NCBI GenBank assembly: GCA_022813965.1
Contig: JALDZS010000002.1
Location: 372,001-436,000 of the forward strand
Direction: 5' to 3'
DNA from: Toensbergia leucococca
Lineage: Eukaryota
Length of the DNA stretch: 64,000 nt
The first letter of the stretch is position 1, and each line of letters begins with the position of its first letter. Below are positions 1 to 12,692 of the stretch, piece after piece. The position numbers and the translations under genes are program-made. Below the pieces are notes generated by a model. It was not told the origin of the DNA. It searched no databases and saw only the letters and a program-made list of their open reading frames with translations.

Positions 1-330
1 TCTGGTTTGACAACAGCCTTCAGGGCGGCCACGGCAGCTTCATACTCTTGGAAATCGGATGTCGTAGATATGATGTGAGTAATTTCCTCAACAGGAATCT
101 TGCCATTGCCTGGAAGCCTCGGGACTTGAACGGCTCCATTTTCTAGAAGGATTTCAGAAAGCTGTGTGCGATTAGCAGAACTCTACTCACAAAAGAGATT
201 GAATATTGACTTTCTCGGCATCGCCTTGTTGAAGGGCATGAGATTGTACAACATAGAACCGAATTGAAGCAAACAGGAGCGCCTTTGGCAGCAAATGGCC
301 GTCATGCCCTTCCACACCATTTTCAGCCAT
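1..330 (-). CDS. BRCT-domain DNA-repair scaffold, Rtt107/Brc1-like (5' part only; runs off the window)
   Basis: ATG at 330; exon 1 MAENGVEGH...FYVVQSHALQQGDAEK, one intron, then LSEILLENGAVQ...ITHIISTTSDFQEYEAAVAALKAVVKP, resembling the first BRCT of fungal Rtt107/Brc1 (TH(I/L)IS.T.DF..Y......VVKP). Confidence 0.7.
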
Positions 331-769
331 GTTTATGAGGTAGATGTAGCAAGCACCACCAAGCGTGGCAGCCAAGAGTGTTCGTGTAATGTTGATCGGC
401 GTGTCGGAATCTGTGACGCGATTTGGAAACTCGCGCTAAGTGCCCTGATCACGTGCGTCATCCAGCCCAGTCACGAGTCTCATACCTAGTCTCCCTCTGG
501 TGAGAAACATATCTTCTTGCAAAGTACAAGCAATGATTGCTACCTTCAAGATGTACTTGAGCTGTTCATACCTACCTATATGCCCCTTCTTGTAGGCTCT
601 TGATAATGCTAATTGAATTGTCAATCATTTAGCCTCCATCTGAGGATCTTCTGATGTCACTGAGTATCTGTACCTTTTGATTACATCCAACCACTGACAG
701 TGCTATTCCTTTATTCTATTCTGCATACATGATCGTATCTATAACCCAGTTTTTCCATTTACAATCGCC

Positions 770-2227
770 ATGTGCTCCTCCATTTTCAATGTTCAAACCC
801 ACATCCTTCCATGCCAGCACATACGCGAATACCCACGCGCAACAGCCGAAAGCCAAGAAGACATACTTGAACTCCACATCAAGCAATACACACCCATTGA
901 AAACATAGTCCCTCAGTCCGGAGCTGTCACCATCATTGGTGCTCATGCCAATGGCTTTCCCAAAGTAGCTTCTCCAAAGACTGCCACTGTGGATGAAGCC
1001 CTAACGAGTTTAGGAGCTGTACGAGCCATTGTGGGACGAGATATACCAGCGTGCGAAACGCCACGAGTTCTCGATACGAGGATTCTGGATAGCCGATGTC
1101 TCGCATCAGGGGATGAGCTCTGTCCTGAATGAAGTTAGGATAGGCAATGACCGTGAGGCTCCCATGGATTCAGGAAGCAGCCTGTAATGTACTCACTGAG
1201 TCTCGCCGGAGCTAGCTTCATGGTTCGATCATTCGCGAGACCTCCTCCACATGATCAACCATTTCCGTGATCAAATGCCAAGGCCGTTAATAGGCATTGG
1301 CCATAGCATGGGAGGCTGCCAATTGTCAGTCCCCTGCTTCTCCTCTATCAAAAATTTACCGCTTGGCTCATGGTCAAAAGAGTCAATCTCTCCCTGATAC
1401 ACCCACGCCTCCTATCCACCCTAGTGCTCCTGGACCCCGTCATCCATATCTACACCGATCCCCCCAACACATATCCCACCCCCACCGAAGCATCGATCTA
1501 CCGCCGCGATCTCTGGCCCTCGCGAGCCTCAGCCGCCGCCTCCACCCGAAAAAGTAAATTCTACCAAGTCTGGGATCCGCGAGTTCTAGAATTATGGTTG
1601 AAACACGGCCTGCGTGATTTACCAACCACAATCTACCCTGAAACCTCAGATAGTGAAACCGCGGAAAAACCAGTCACGCTCACGACAACCCGACACCAAG
1701 AAGTCTTCAGTTTCCTGCGCCCCAACTTCTCCGGCACCAGCGCTCAAGGAAACCCCACGATCTATCGCTATACTCATGCAGACCTCGACCCTACAACTTC
1801 AGACACCTATCCCTTCTACCGCCCAGAACCCGTGATCACTTTCCACAACCTCCCCTTCCTCCGCCCAAGCGTCCTCTACATCTTCGGCGGCCAATCGGGA
1901 ATGTCATATCCAAAGTTCCGGAAACAGAAACTAGAAAACACAGGGATAGGTGTTGGCGGCAGTGGTGGCGCAAAGGAGGGACGGGTGAAGGACGTCGTCC
2001 TGGAGAATATTGGACATCTGGTGGCTATGGAAGCTGTAGGGGATTGTGCTGATGCAGCGGCTGAGTGGCTGGGGGTGGAGATGCGAAGGTGGCGGGAGGA
2101 AGAAGAGGAATTTGGGAGCATGTGGGGAAGGAAGACGAAGCTGGAGAAGGTGGTTGTTGGGGAGGAATGGGAGAAGAGGGTGAGGAGACCTGCTAGGCCT
2201 AAGGAGGAATCACCTAGTAAATTATAG
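770..2227 (+). CDS. Peroxisomal alpha/beta-fold hydrolase (Abhydrolase_6, Lpx1/MpaH-like), 3 introns
   Basis: Spliced: ...HANGFPK|ELYEPLWD...GND|PSWFDHSRDLLHMINHF...IGIGHSMGGCQ|LVNLSLIHPRLL...; GHSMG nucleophile elbow, GHLVAME His motif, C-terminal SKL. Confidence 0.85.
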
Positions 2228-2493
2228 GGTGTTCATTTGAGCTGATCCCGCAACTATTCAATCATACTCTACAAGATTTTCAGCGGACTAATGAAGTGTA
2301 TGTGTCATGATATCGAATGGGATGAGCATTACGTAGCAGATATATCCTCAATTAAATTCATACATTACTTCATCCTGAATCATCTATTCCCTTTGTACGG
2401 ATGAGGCACGTCTATATGCAAGATGCCGCCGTAGGGTATCAAAAAATTCGTCGTCGGACAAGAAACGTATATGTCGGAATATCCATACAGCAC

Positions 2494-3659
2494 TTACTGC
2501 CCCTTCTTCAAGTCTAATCCTTTCCAAGCTCTGGTTGGCTTTCCTGACCGAACAATCTCCGGAAGAGATGAGAAACGCCGCGGCCACATGAGGGTGTATT
2601 CTTCTTGACGCCCATTCAGACAGTGTCGTAGCCAGATACCCCAGGTGATGTAGAAGTATGCACCGATTCCTGTCATGAGATGCCTATCCTCAGCCGCAAG
2701 TCAGCAATAGTCAGTAGTAACGGAAGAAGAATGGCCTATCTCACCACCAGCCATGCCCCTCTAGCAAAACTCCCCAGGGCAGTCCAATTTCTCTTCGCCA
2801 CATTCGCAGGGTCGAGCAGTACTCGTTGTCTAGGTTCCAAATGGCGAACCCTCCAAGAAAAATAGACAGTCCACATCCAATCATCCACCACATGCTCTTC
2901 AGTATTTCCGCATCCCTGCTGCCTTCTGAGCGTGAAATCTCCCTCTCATCAGCAGTCATCGAACGTCTCCGCTGAAGTTTATGCTCGTCTTCCCTCTTGC
3001 TCAATGACGACCGAAGACTCACTTCCATGACATACACGCTGCGGAAGACAACCACTATTGTAAGTAGCGCATAGGCGTTTTGGTGGAAAGCTGGGTCCTG
3101 GAGGTAATGGTAGTATAGGGTGATGAAGATGGAGAGGGAGACGAGACCGAGGGCCAGACTGAAGGCATATAGGCGTGAGCGGGAGTAGGAAAAGGTGGCG
3201 TAGCACATCAGGCAGGTGGTGTAGATCATGCTGAGTTCATCGACCAGTTGCATGGGGTCTGTGTTGCGAATTGAGACATGTGAGACCTTGTATCTTGACA
3301 CACAGATTGAACTAGACGGCTTTGGACTCACATTTGAGGGTAGTATGGAAAAGAAAGCTGCCCGAGCCGACAAGGAAGTAGCCCACAAAGGTAATGAGAA
3401 ATATTGTGTCATGGCCATGGTTCCGACAGCTGATGATGCCTTTGTAGGCGAGGTAGATGAACAGGAGATTTGTCACGGTATTGACAATTTCTGCTGCATA
3501 GGTGGTTGCGTAGTAGTCCTAGAGATTTTAGCAATTGGCATGAAATGTACAGGCGTTTGGACTCGAGACCTCTTCGCACCAATTGAGAGTTGAGGTTACT
3601 GGGGCCCAGAATCCCTCTTGCGATGGAGGGTACTCTATTGATGGTAGCCACCAAAGCAT
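2494..3659 (-). CDS. Alkaline (dihydro/phyto)ceramidase, Ydc1/Ypc1 family
   Basis: MLWWLPSIEYPPSQEGFWAPVTSTLNWCEE|DYYAT..., MQLVDELSMIY, LEGHGWW|HLMTG CREST-family motifs; 3 introns; stop at 2494. Confidence 0.92.
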
Positions 3660-3937
3660 CTTCAACGAGCCTCAGAGGAGCTGAGACAATGGAAGTCCGT
3701 CGACTGGCGTCTGTCCTACTCTACAGTTCAGAAGATCTATTGCCGTCACATGCCAGGAACCCGCGTGTCGATCCGCTAGAGACCCGCCGTTCTGCCACCG
3801 CCTTTAGGAAGTATTCAAACAGTCCTCGCCATAAATCGCAACTTCGCGTTCCACCTAAAATACATACGGGGTACAATTCAAGCTATCGGTAGCGTCCAAC
3901 TTTACACAGCTATCGTATCTAACAGTCTTCCGAAACA

Positions 3938-4414
3938 ATGTCGATCCCAAACGAAGCTCTGCAAAAGGTGACTAAGAAATCACTGTATAGCCAATTAATC
4001 AATGCTTAATTATCACCCCAGCTCGTACAAGAGATCGAGGCGCAGGCTATCAGTGCACAGCGCGAAATCAACATTGTCAAGAACACTGTATCTACTAAGC
4101 AGCGAGACGTCCGAATGCTGGAGCTCACTACAACGGAGCTGAAACAACTACCGAAAGATACCAATGTGTATGAAGGTGTGGGAAAGATGTAATCTCCACG
4201 CTACTGCACGCATCCTGCTAGCTTTCCCTGATAGACTGTCAATAGGTTCGTACATAGCCCTACGCCTGAGGTGCAAAAGCGACTGTTGTCAGAGACTACT
4301 GAGTTGAAGTCTGACATCTCCAATCTCAACAAGAAGCTACACTACCTCGAAACGACGCATAAAAACAGTAGGGAGCATATTGATCAGATCTTCAAGTCCG
4401 GAGGAAGATCGTGA
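3938..4414 (+). CDS. PFD1: Prefoldin subunit 1
   Basis: Absent from ORF track (3 short exons): MSIPNEALQK|LVQEIEAQAISAQREINIV...VYEGVGKM|FVHSP...KKLHYLETTHKNSREHIDQIFKSGGRS*. Confidence 0.9.
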
Positions 4415-5355
4415 AATTGTCGATGGCGTTCCAATCTTGCCGTTGATATTCTCTGCTAGAGGACTCGAAGCATCCTCCACAATAATCCTAGCCCATGATG
4501 CCTAAGATGTGGCATGCATGTGGGTATGTAAGATGGCCACTTGCAGAAGTGTGGCTTGAAGTTCGCACTTTGTATGGTTCTTTTGGTGCAGGCTGTTGAT
4601 GCTGAAAGCTTTACTAATCCTTCAAAGGATGAGGGGATATTTGGGCGTCATACTTCTGCGTGAGGAGGCCTTGACTCTAACCATACAGAAAAAATGGGTG
4701 GTGGGGACTAATACACGCGATGGCTTAACCTACGCAATCGCGGTAATCCAAAGACTTTTACTCCGTACTAGCAAGTGCGGCTGGAAATGACAAGGATGTC
4801 CTGCAGCACAACCAAGCCAGATGAAAGTCTGCCGGTCAGATACTGCGAACAATAGAACGAGTTCCAGAATTTCTACGACTCGTTGCAGCTGATAATCTGA
4901 GCTTAAGATAAGGTAAGCAATAATAATGGCTCAAATCAGAAGTGGCCACGAAAAGAAAGGGGCGAGTGGGAAGATTATTTGAATATTTGGCTGTATGATT
5001 TCTAATGAAAGGAGCGTTCGGTTGTATCATGCCACTTCTGCCCTATGCTAAATTAGGGCGTACATAATAGGGCATACCAAGGTGAAGCTCGCCAACGACT
5101 GGCCCCCAAGAACCCCACTTCCAACATATATTTGACCGACTTACGGAGTCACAGGACTCTTGAGCATTATTCTGGCCCTTAGTTCCTTTACTTATCCCTT
5201 CCTTCCCATTTCCACACAATATTACATAATCAACCTGTCCATAATCTTCTCTCCTTCTCACCTTACTCTCCTTCTCACCTTACTCACCTTCTCACCCTCC
5301 ACGCTCTTTTCCAAGTGGTACATAGTAGTCGCACCCCGCTCCGTCTTCCACAATC

Positions 5356-6706
5356 ATGGAAGGCTGGCCGGGCTATGACTACCCGCAAGTCCCCGTTGCC
5401 CAACCAGTTGTCATTGATGCTGGACGCCCAGGCCGTATGCAACGCGCACGTGTTGGCAGCGAGCATCGCATGCGAGCCCCTGTCTATTATCCCGCAGGGG
5501 CAGGTCTCCTGGCCCCAGAACCAGGCTTCGGCAATGGTTTGTACCGATCGACCTCCGCTGCGGGAAATAGAGCGCCCCCTCAGGTTATAATTAACAATGC
5601 GCAATATGAGGATCATTCACCTGTGCGCGCCGGCCGACCGAGAAGCGTGGTTTATGACGATGACTGGGATGAGCGGGCGCACAGTCCTGGAGGGTACGAA
5701 GTCGCACGCCGTAGATCCAGGACGCACGGGTCCCGGTCGCGGGACGTATCACCGTTCTATTCCCACTGGGATTACGAGACAGAGCGGAAGATGGCCAAGC
5801 TGAAGGAGATGGAGACGAAAGAGCAGGAGAAAAATAACAGTGAAAGGGAACGGAGGATGGAGAAGCTGAAAGAGCTGGAGCGGAAAGAGCAGGAGAAAAA
5901 AGATAGCGAAAGGGAAAAGAGGATGGAGAAGCTGAAAGAGCTGGAGCGGAAGGAGGAGTTGAAGGAGGAGCAACGGAAAATGGAAGAGCATATGTTGCTC
6001 ATGGAGGCGGAGAAGGCAAAAGCGAAAAAGAAGCAAGAAGAGATGGAGAAGGAAGCTGTTGCCAAATGGGAGATCAAGCAGGCGGAGAAGAAGGCCAAGG
6101 AGAAGAAGGAGAAGGAGGAGGCGGACAAGGAGTTTCGGGAGCGGGTCAAGAAAACATTTGGGGCGGCAGGCTACTCGGACGAGCATATTGAGACTATATT
6201 GAGTAAGGGAGAAAAGGGCGAGCATGGGGGGCATGGCGAGCACGGCGGGCATGGCGGGCATATCGTGAAGCTCTCCGAAGGGGTGGAAGGGATGAAGATT
6301 ATGGATCTGAGCCGCCCGACCTATATCAAGGTGCATCGAAAGCATTTGAGCCCCGATACCCTGGACGTGTACCAGCTACCATGGGAATGGGATGATGTAA
6401 GTCTAGCACGCACCCCTAATCTCCCTTGGCCACCAACCTCAGAAAATTTCTCAACACACTAGCGCAAGCTGAATTTCTTCCCATTGCTGACTGAAACAGC
6501 GCGATTCGAATTTCATCGTCATCAAGCAATGGATCCCGGAGCACGACCAGGACATTCTATTTGAGCATACGCGCAAGCTGCGCGAGACCAAGCTGTTGAA
6601 GGAGACGACGGTTGAGTTGAGGAGGGAGCATGATCGGTTGCTTATGGTGAGAAAGAAGGAGCCTAGTCGGAAGAGGAGCCCTAGTCGGTCCTATATGTTT
6701 ACGTGA
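5356..6706 (+). CDS. Hypothetical fungal protein with E/K-rich coiled coil and C-terminal RPTYIKVHRKHLSP..L..Y.LPWEWD domain
   Basis: 368-aa ORF, intron about 6397-6499, last exon RDSNFIVIKQWIPEHDQDILFEHTRKLR...; this C-terminal motif is, from memory, recurrent in uncharacterised Pezizomycotina proteins. Confidence 0.75.
5791..5960 (+). repeat. Coding tandem repeat, 66-nt (22-aa) period, about 3 copies
   Basis: ATG(GCC/GAG)AAGCTGAA(G/A)GAG recurs at 5791, 5857 and 5923. Confidence 0.85.
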
Positions 6707-7170
6707 TATTCTGATGAATCTTCTTTTGGGTTTCTACGTAGAGGAATTACTATTTTTTTGGCTTTTGTGGGCCGTGATGTCTTTTTGTGAGGGTTTTGAT
6801 GGATGGATTTGGAGTTCGTGTGTCTATTAGCCTTTGCTGGAGATGGGGGGAGTGGGAGCGTTCGTCGTCTTGAATCATATCAATGCTACTCTTTCCTCTT
6901 GGAAAACTGCTTTTAAATTACCATCTTTGAGTATGTGTTATGTAGCAATGCTATTGGTATTGGTAGTAGTATGTTCTGATCTGGTGGTCATGAATTCATA
7001 ATCCGATCCCGAAAATATGTACAAACAGTCTATATTTCTTACAAATTGAACAGAGTGATCCCCCGCGCCGAATAATGCACATGTGCCTCAAACTCCGCAG
7101 TTTCTTCTCTGCACCAGACCCTTTTGAAATCGCAGAACGTAATCTCCAAGGGAGAACCTTTCCCTTTAGT

Positions 7171-8210
7171 TCACAGAATATTCTCCGTCTTCGCCTCCCA
7201 CTTCAATTCCGCTCTCCTCACCAGCTCCTCATACAAGGTCCATGCCAACCCAGCACTAATAGCCTTCCTCCCCATCCGCAGCCCTAGTCCCTGGAATAGG
7301 CTTTGAAAGCCCTCTTCTCGAACCATTTGGCTACACGCTTTGACCGTGTTTCCATACTTGCCCGGCATCAGCTGCAGGCGAGTTTTGACCGCATCGAAGG
7401 GGTTGGTGATTGCAGTCGCCAGTCCGGCGGCCAGGATGCTCGACGAGAAATTAATTGGGACGGAGCTGCTGCTTTTCATGCCCTCTTGCAATCCTAGCTT
7501 GTCGCCCAAAGGGGTGATGGTACTCAATTTGCTCAGGCGCCGCTTGGACTCCTCGTAGAAGAGTACGTAGAGTCCAGCGTAGGGCGCATCCCTGATGGCT
7601 GTTGCGCCGAAGCCGGAAAAGAAGCCTTTGAGGCCTTCGGTTTTGAGGATAGCAGTTCCGGCGCCCCAGATGGATTTGTAGGTGTAGAGGCTTGATTCAT
7701 AGCGCACTTTGATGACGGTGATGGGCATCATGATGAAGCCAACGGATGCGCGGGCTACGGCTCCGGTGGTGAGGTTCGCCAGGCTAGAGAGTCGCGGCAG
7801 CGACGAGGAGGAATGGTTTGAGGAGCTAGGGGGAACTTCCAGGAGTCTTGTGCGGGTGAGGATATCGGATCGGGCAACATTCTGGCGGAGGGCGTTGAGG
7901 GTGGAGAAGTATAGAGCTGACCCAACCCCTGTTCGTATTACGGAGGGGAGTGTTCCGCGCCATAGTTGTTTGAGTGTGTTGGGGCCATTGACGATTTCTT
8001 GGAAGGTTCTGATTAGAGATGCGGAGCCCGACTGCTGGACACGGGTTTTGAGGAGGTCAGCGGGCTGAAGGAGAGAGGCGGAGAGTGCGCCTGTGCCTAG
8101 GCCGGCTGTGAAGTGGAAATCTAGGGAAGGCAATGTTAGTTATCGGTTGGGGGCAACGGGAAGGGAATCGTAGTACAAGATGAGGATCGCGCAGGCCCGC
8201 CGTTGGACAT
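7171..8210 (-). CDS. HEM25: Mitochondrial glycine carrier (SLC25A38/Hem25 family)
   Basis: [11 protein letters not shown], one intron, then [29 protein letters not shown]; three carrier signatures ([29 protein letters not shown]) and RDAPYAGLY typical of SLC25A38. Confidence 0.9.
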
Positions 8211-8678
8211 TTCCTTAGAGGCAGTGGAGGTTTCCGTATTGCGGTATCAAATAACCTTTTAAGTCTATCATCTTGTCAAATTCAAGGGAGATGCGCAGAA
8301 ACGACTCCCTCGGCTGCGTTCGGGATGAGTAGAATGAGGATGTGAGTTTTGTTTTCGGAGTTGATGTCATTCTTGAAAGGCACCACTGTTATTTTCAACT
8401 TCGTTCAACGGCACGCACAACCGCATCTTCAACCGGGCATCCTACAATGATGGAGCACGACGCTTACTGGCTGGCTTCATGATTCATGACCGCCTTCTGA
8501 CTTGTGTCTCTAGCTGCTATTTTTCAGGCTCACGGTAAAATGGGCACGGCTGAGAAAGCAGAAGGGGAATCTCATGTTTGAAGCAGCTTCTCTTCCACAA
8601 AGTTACTCTTTCGATTGCCTGGGTGTCTCTTCGTAACTTGGAAGCACCAGGTTTTATGTTCTGACACAAGTCATCACG

Positions 8679-11098
8679 ATGGCGAATAAAGAGCCTGCTT
8701 TCACGGGCCAGTCTTTAGGGATTCGATCCGCAAGCAAGCCTTCAATCTACGGAACTTATCTGTGTCCTGAACCTGGTTTTATTGAAACATCCTCTGGAGA
8801 AAGTGGCTATGATGATACCGAAAACCTCGTGAATGCTCTACGGAGCTCCACCGACTACTTCTTCCGAAGAGAGCAAATGCATGCTGTAGAAAGAATACAG
8901 TTCCAAATTGCACGTGAGCACATGCGCGGGAGATACTGGAAGGATGCTATAGACTGCCTCATCCCGCTTTGGCAGAACTCTAGTTGGCGTCAGACGGGCT
9001 GGTGGCATTTGCTCGAGGAAGTGGACTTGGCCATCCGAGAATGTGCCCGTCTGCTTGGTGACGGCGAAACCTTAATTGCTGTTGAATGGGAGCTGTTGAA
9101 TAGTTGTATGTGAAAAGGCATCGTATGGAGTCAGTGCCGTTGTTGCAAAAAAGGGCAACTGCTTACATATTCCATCGTCAGTGTTCACACCGAGACCAAA
9201 TTGGCAATACGATTTATCCAGATGCTTGGACGGAGTTGAGCTCCTGAAGCCCAGACCGCAAGCCGTCGTCCGGGCTGAGAATGTCCTTTCATGCGGTAAG
9301 CCATGACTTTCATCCCTGTCAGGGAGATGCTGAAGGCAAAGTTGCTTATTGACCATCAGTCTCTGCGGCTTTTACATTCGGTGCCGTAGAAGGCCATGTG
9401 GGCGAAGCATTGTCATCGCAATTAGTGATCTCGTCTTTAGCACACCAAGGCTCAGTTCCAATCAAGATATCGCACATCAAAATAGCATTTGCAGGAGGCT
9501 TGAAAGACTTGGAAATTCATCACGACGCCATAAAAGACCCAGTGGTTACCACAGCTGATAGGAATGTTCAACTCTACCAAATCACTTTTCACAGTGCATC
9601 CAGCATTTCTAGTACGTCGGTTCAATCGCTTCTTGGTTCAAGCGATCTGACTGTCTTTCCCAATTGCACCAAAGCACTCTCGCTCATTACTCTTCCACGT
9701 GAGGCTGGAGACGTCAGCATTATTAGTATTACTCTTTGTGTTGATGCGGACTTATTTCATCTCGACTTCGTGACATCTCGCGAGGATCAAATCTGTAGCG
9801 ATGATCTATGGATCAGGAGTACCGCAGGTCTATCCAAAAAAAGTTTAGGAAAAGGTCGTAGTAACGTCTTCACAATATTGCCCAAGCCACCAAAGATGCG
9901 GATCGAGTTACCAAATCTGTCCAAAATACATTTCACAGACGAGCATGTCGCCATTGATATCCGACTGGTCAATGAGGAGGAAGAGGACGCTACTTTGACC
10001 CTCGATGTTCGTTTGCTCGGACGGTCCGGAACAACTCCTGAATTGTCTTGGGGTTCGCTGGTCAAGATCCCCGAAGATAAGAAGGAGAGCTCGAAGAACG
10101 GAACACACACAGGAAAAAGCAGTCATTTGTATACGGACTCTCTCGGGCAATTGGTTTGTAATGAGACACAGAATTTGAGCGTTGTTTTCCAGGCCAATCC
10201 CGAACCAGCGGAATATGTGCTTGAAATAGTAGCTCTCTACCACCTTTCTTCAGAACTAGGTACAACTATATCGAAGACTTCTGTTACGGATTTAGTCTTC
10301 CTTCGACCTTTTGAAGCTACTTATGATATGTTCCCCCAGATCCACACTGAGCCCTGGCCAAGTTACTTCCGAGTTGACGACGTGGGCGATGGCGAAGATA
10401 ACGCTGTTGCGAGTGGACTTTGTCAGAGCTGGTCTTTGATAGCTAGAACGACTTCTTCTACAGCGGGCACCTTGGCGATCGAAAGCGTTGAACTAAGAGT
10501 ACTTGGCGTCCACAGTGGAGCTGTTTGCCTCGTCTCGAAAGTAGGGGGACCTGATTCAGGACCCTCGCTCCTCAGTGCCAATGAACTTCGAGAGTCTCAA
10601 TTTCATTTAACGACGCAGAAATTGGACCTTGAGGACCGCCGGCTAACAACGTTAGAATTGCAACTTGAAATCAAATGGCGGCGAGAAAACCCGAATTCAT
10701 TGCCTAGCATCTCCTTTCTGGCTGTACCGCAATTAGCAGTGCCTTTTGGTGAACCCCGGGTACTAGCATCCGTTCAGAATGGACAGAGTGATACAGGGCT
10801 TTTTCATCTTGACTACGCCATAGAGAACCCATCGATGCATCTCCTTACCTTTAATTTAACCATGGAATCCAGCGAGGAATTTGTGTTCAGTGGGCCAAAA
10901 TCTACTTCATTGCAGCTTGTGCCGCTCAGTAGGCATACTGTTCGATATACACTCTTACCGTCGGTGAGAGGGGCATGGATCAGCCCCCGGCTAAGCGTTG
11001 TTGATGTATATTTCAAGAAGACGCTGAAAATCCACGCTACTCAAGGCATGAGGTCTGATAAAAAGGGTATTCTGATCTGGAGCGATGCTGAGGGCTAG
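8679..11098 (+). CDS. TRAPPC11/Gryzun-like trafficking protein, apparently lacking the N-terminal region (about 760 aa)
   Basis: Exons 8679-9105, 9182-9295 and 9360-11098 join in frame; WRQTGWW, VEWELLN, ILPKPPKMRI, FGEPRVLAS, IENPSMHLLTFNLTMESSEEFVFSGPK, LVPLSRHTVRY and VVDVYFKKTL match the Gryzun C-terminal half. Confidence 0.8.
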
Positions 11099-11740
11099 GG
11101 CGGTTACCACTGACGCACAGGCATGGCCTGGCTTGAAAGGAAATCATGGCTCACTACTTCCAACTTTGCCACAAGCAGTGTTTGGTTGGGAGGATTGCTG
11201 AAGGGGTTGTCTGCAAGTATGTGGATAATGGAGATAGAGGGGCTTTGTGAGGGTTACCTTCGGGATTTGTATTCCAAGACGACTGTGGTGTAGGCTTCAA
11301 AGAGATAATAGATCTTTATCGATATGCTGATAGTCGATCTTGATAATCGATGTTCATGTTCATGTTCGAGGGGTCATGGACATAGCTGCATCTTTTCATT
11401 GTGATTGGTTCGAGAGTTGTTAATGGATTTAGATGCTGACATTTATGTCGGGGCGCCACAAAGCTTGATTCGGTAACCTTGCGGGGCCGGCAATCTAGTC
11501 CGCTCAAGTGAAAGACACGATCCATGTCCATGTGATGGACTGTTCTTCGTTCACACTCCTACGAGTACTCGCAGTACATACCTTCCACTTGAGAAGAGGC
11601 CCTCTCTTGTAGAGAAGTCCTCTTTTCAACTCCAGCTTCATGGACCACTCGTCGCTCTTTATTTGAATCGCTGACATTTTTGATTTTACGCACATTCATC
11701 GACAAATAATCCTGAGGCATCAATTTGCCACCCCGATGCG

Positions 11741-12692
11741 ATGGTACTTTCCTATACTTTTGCTTCTAATTAAGTTTGCTGATCTTCGCTTTTCAGGGCT
11801 GCTGTCAATCTACCACACGTGGCGAAGCTCAATCATCTCCATATTCTCCATCTAATGCTCATGGTGACTCCTCACGTGCCATTACCTCTGCACCAACTCC
11901 CGGTCTTGAGATCACTAGCCCCCGTGCTTCGTCTCATGCACCTACAACCCCACAGCAGCTTCGATCAAGGCATATAGGCTTGGGTGAACAATTCAATTCA
12001 CCGCTACGTGCCCACATTTGGACTTCGAAAAGGCAATGGACCCCATCAGAATTAAGCAAAGAGAGGGAGGAGTTCTTTGATACAAGAGTCACAGGCCGCC
12101 AAGAAGTATGGGATACTCTCAAAATGGTTGTCGCCCTCGTTGGAGAAGGCGATGTCCAGACGGCCCAGGGAATTCTCGATGCTTCTGGTGTGACGTTGCC
12201 AACAGGAGACCTTATAAACGGCGCGTACGACGAAGTGGGGAACTTCTATCAATTACCAGAGCACGTCATAATGAATCCAGTCAATATAGTACTGGGATCA
12301 CAGGACGACATCGCCAAAGGACCGGACATCCAAGAGGACACTGATGACGAAGTCGAGAGGAGACGGGAAGAGAAGGGAAAGGGCGTCCTAAAAAGTGGAG
12401 ATTATGTCAGAGTCAAAGCCAGGTTGAGTGATAGGGGAGGCCCAGATATAGTAATTCAATTGGGGAAAGAGCAGAACATCAGGACACTAGTGCGCCGAGT
12501 ACAAGAAGAAGCTAATGTACCATCATTCTATCACCAATTCTGCGACTTGTCCTGCTAACACCAACATTGTAGATCTCAGGCAAAGGGAAAGTAAAGGTTG
12601 CATACTTGGGCAAAATACTCAAAGATGGGGAGACTCTGCTGGCTCAGGGCTGGCGGGAGGGGCACGTGGTCAACGCTCTGGTGTTCTTGTGA
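11741..12692 (+). CDS. Ubiquitin domain-containing protein (UBTD/DC-UbP-like) with MGCC N-terminus
   Basis: ATG|intron|GGCTGCTGT; REEFFDTRVTGRQEVW, AQGILDASGVTLPTGDL..GAYDE.GNFYQLP (DC-UbP-type domain) and C-terminal Ub-like KVAYLGKILKDGETLLAQGWREGHVVNALVFL*. Confidence 0.85.

Noticed and set aside
5749..6345. Hydrophobic antisense ORFs (198 aa and 125 aa)
   Set aside because: Antisense shadow of the E/K-rich coding region.
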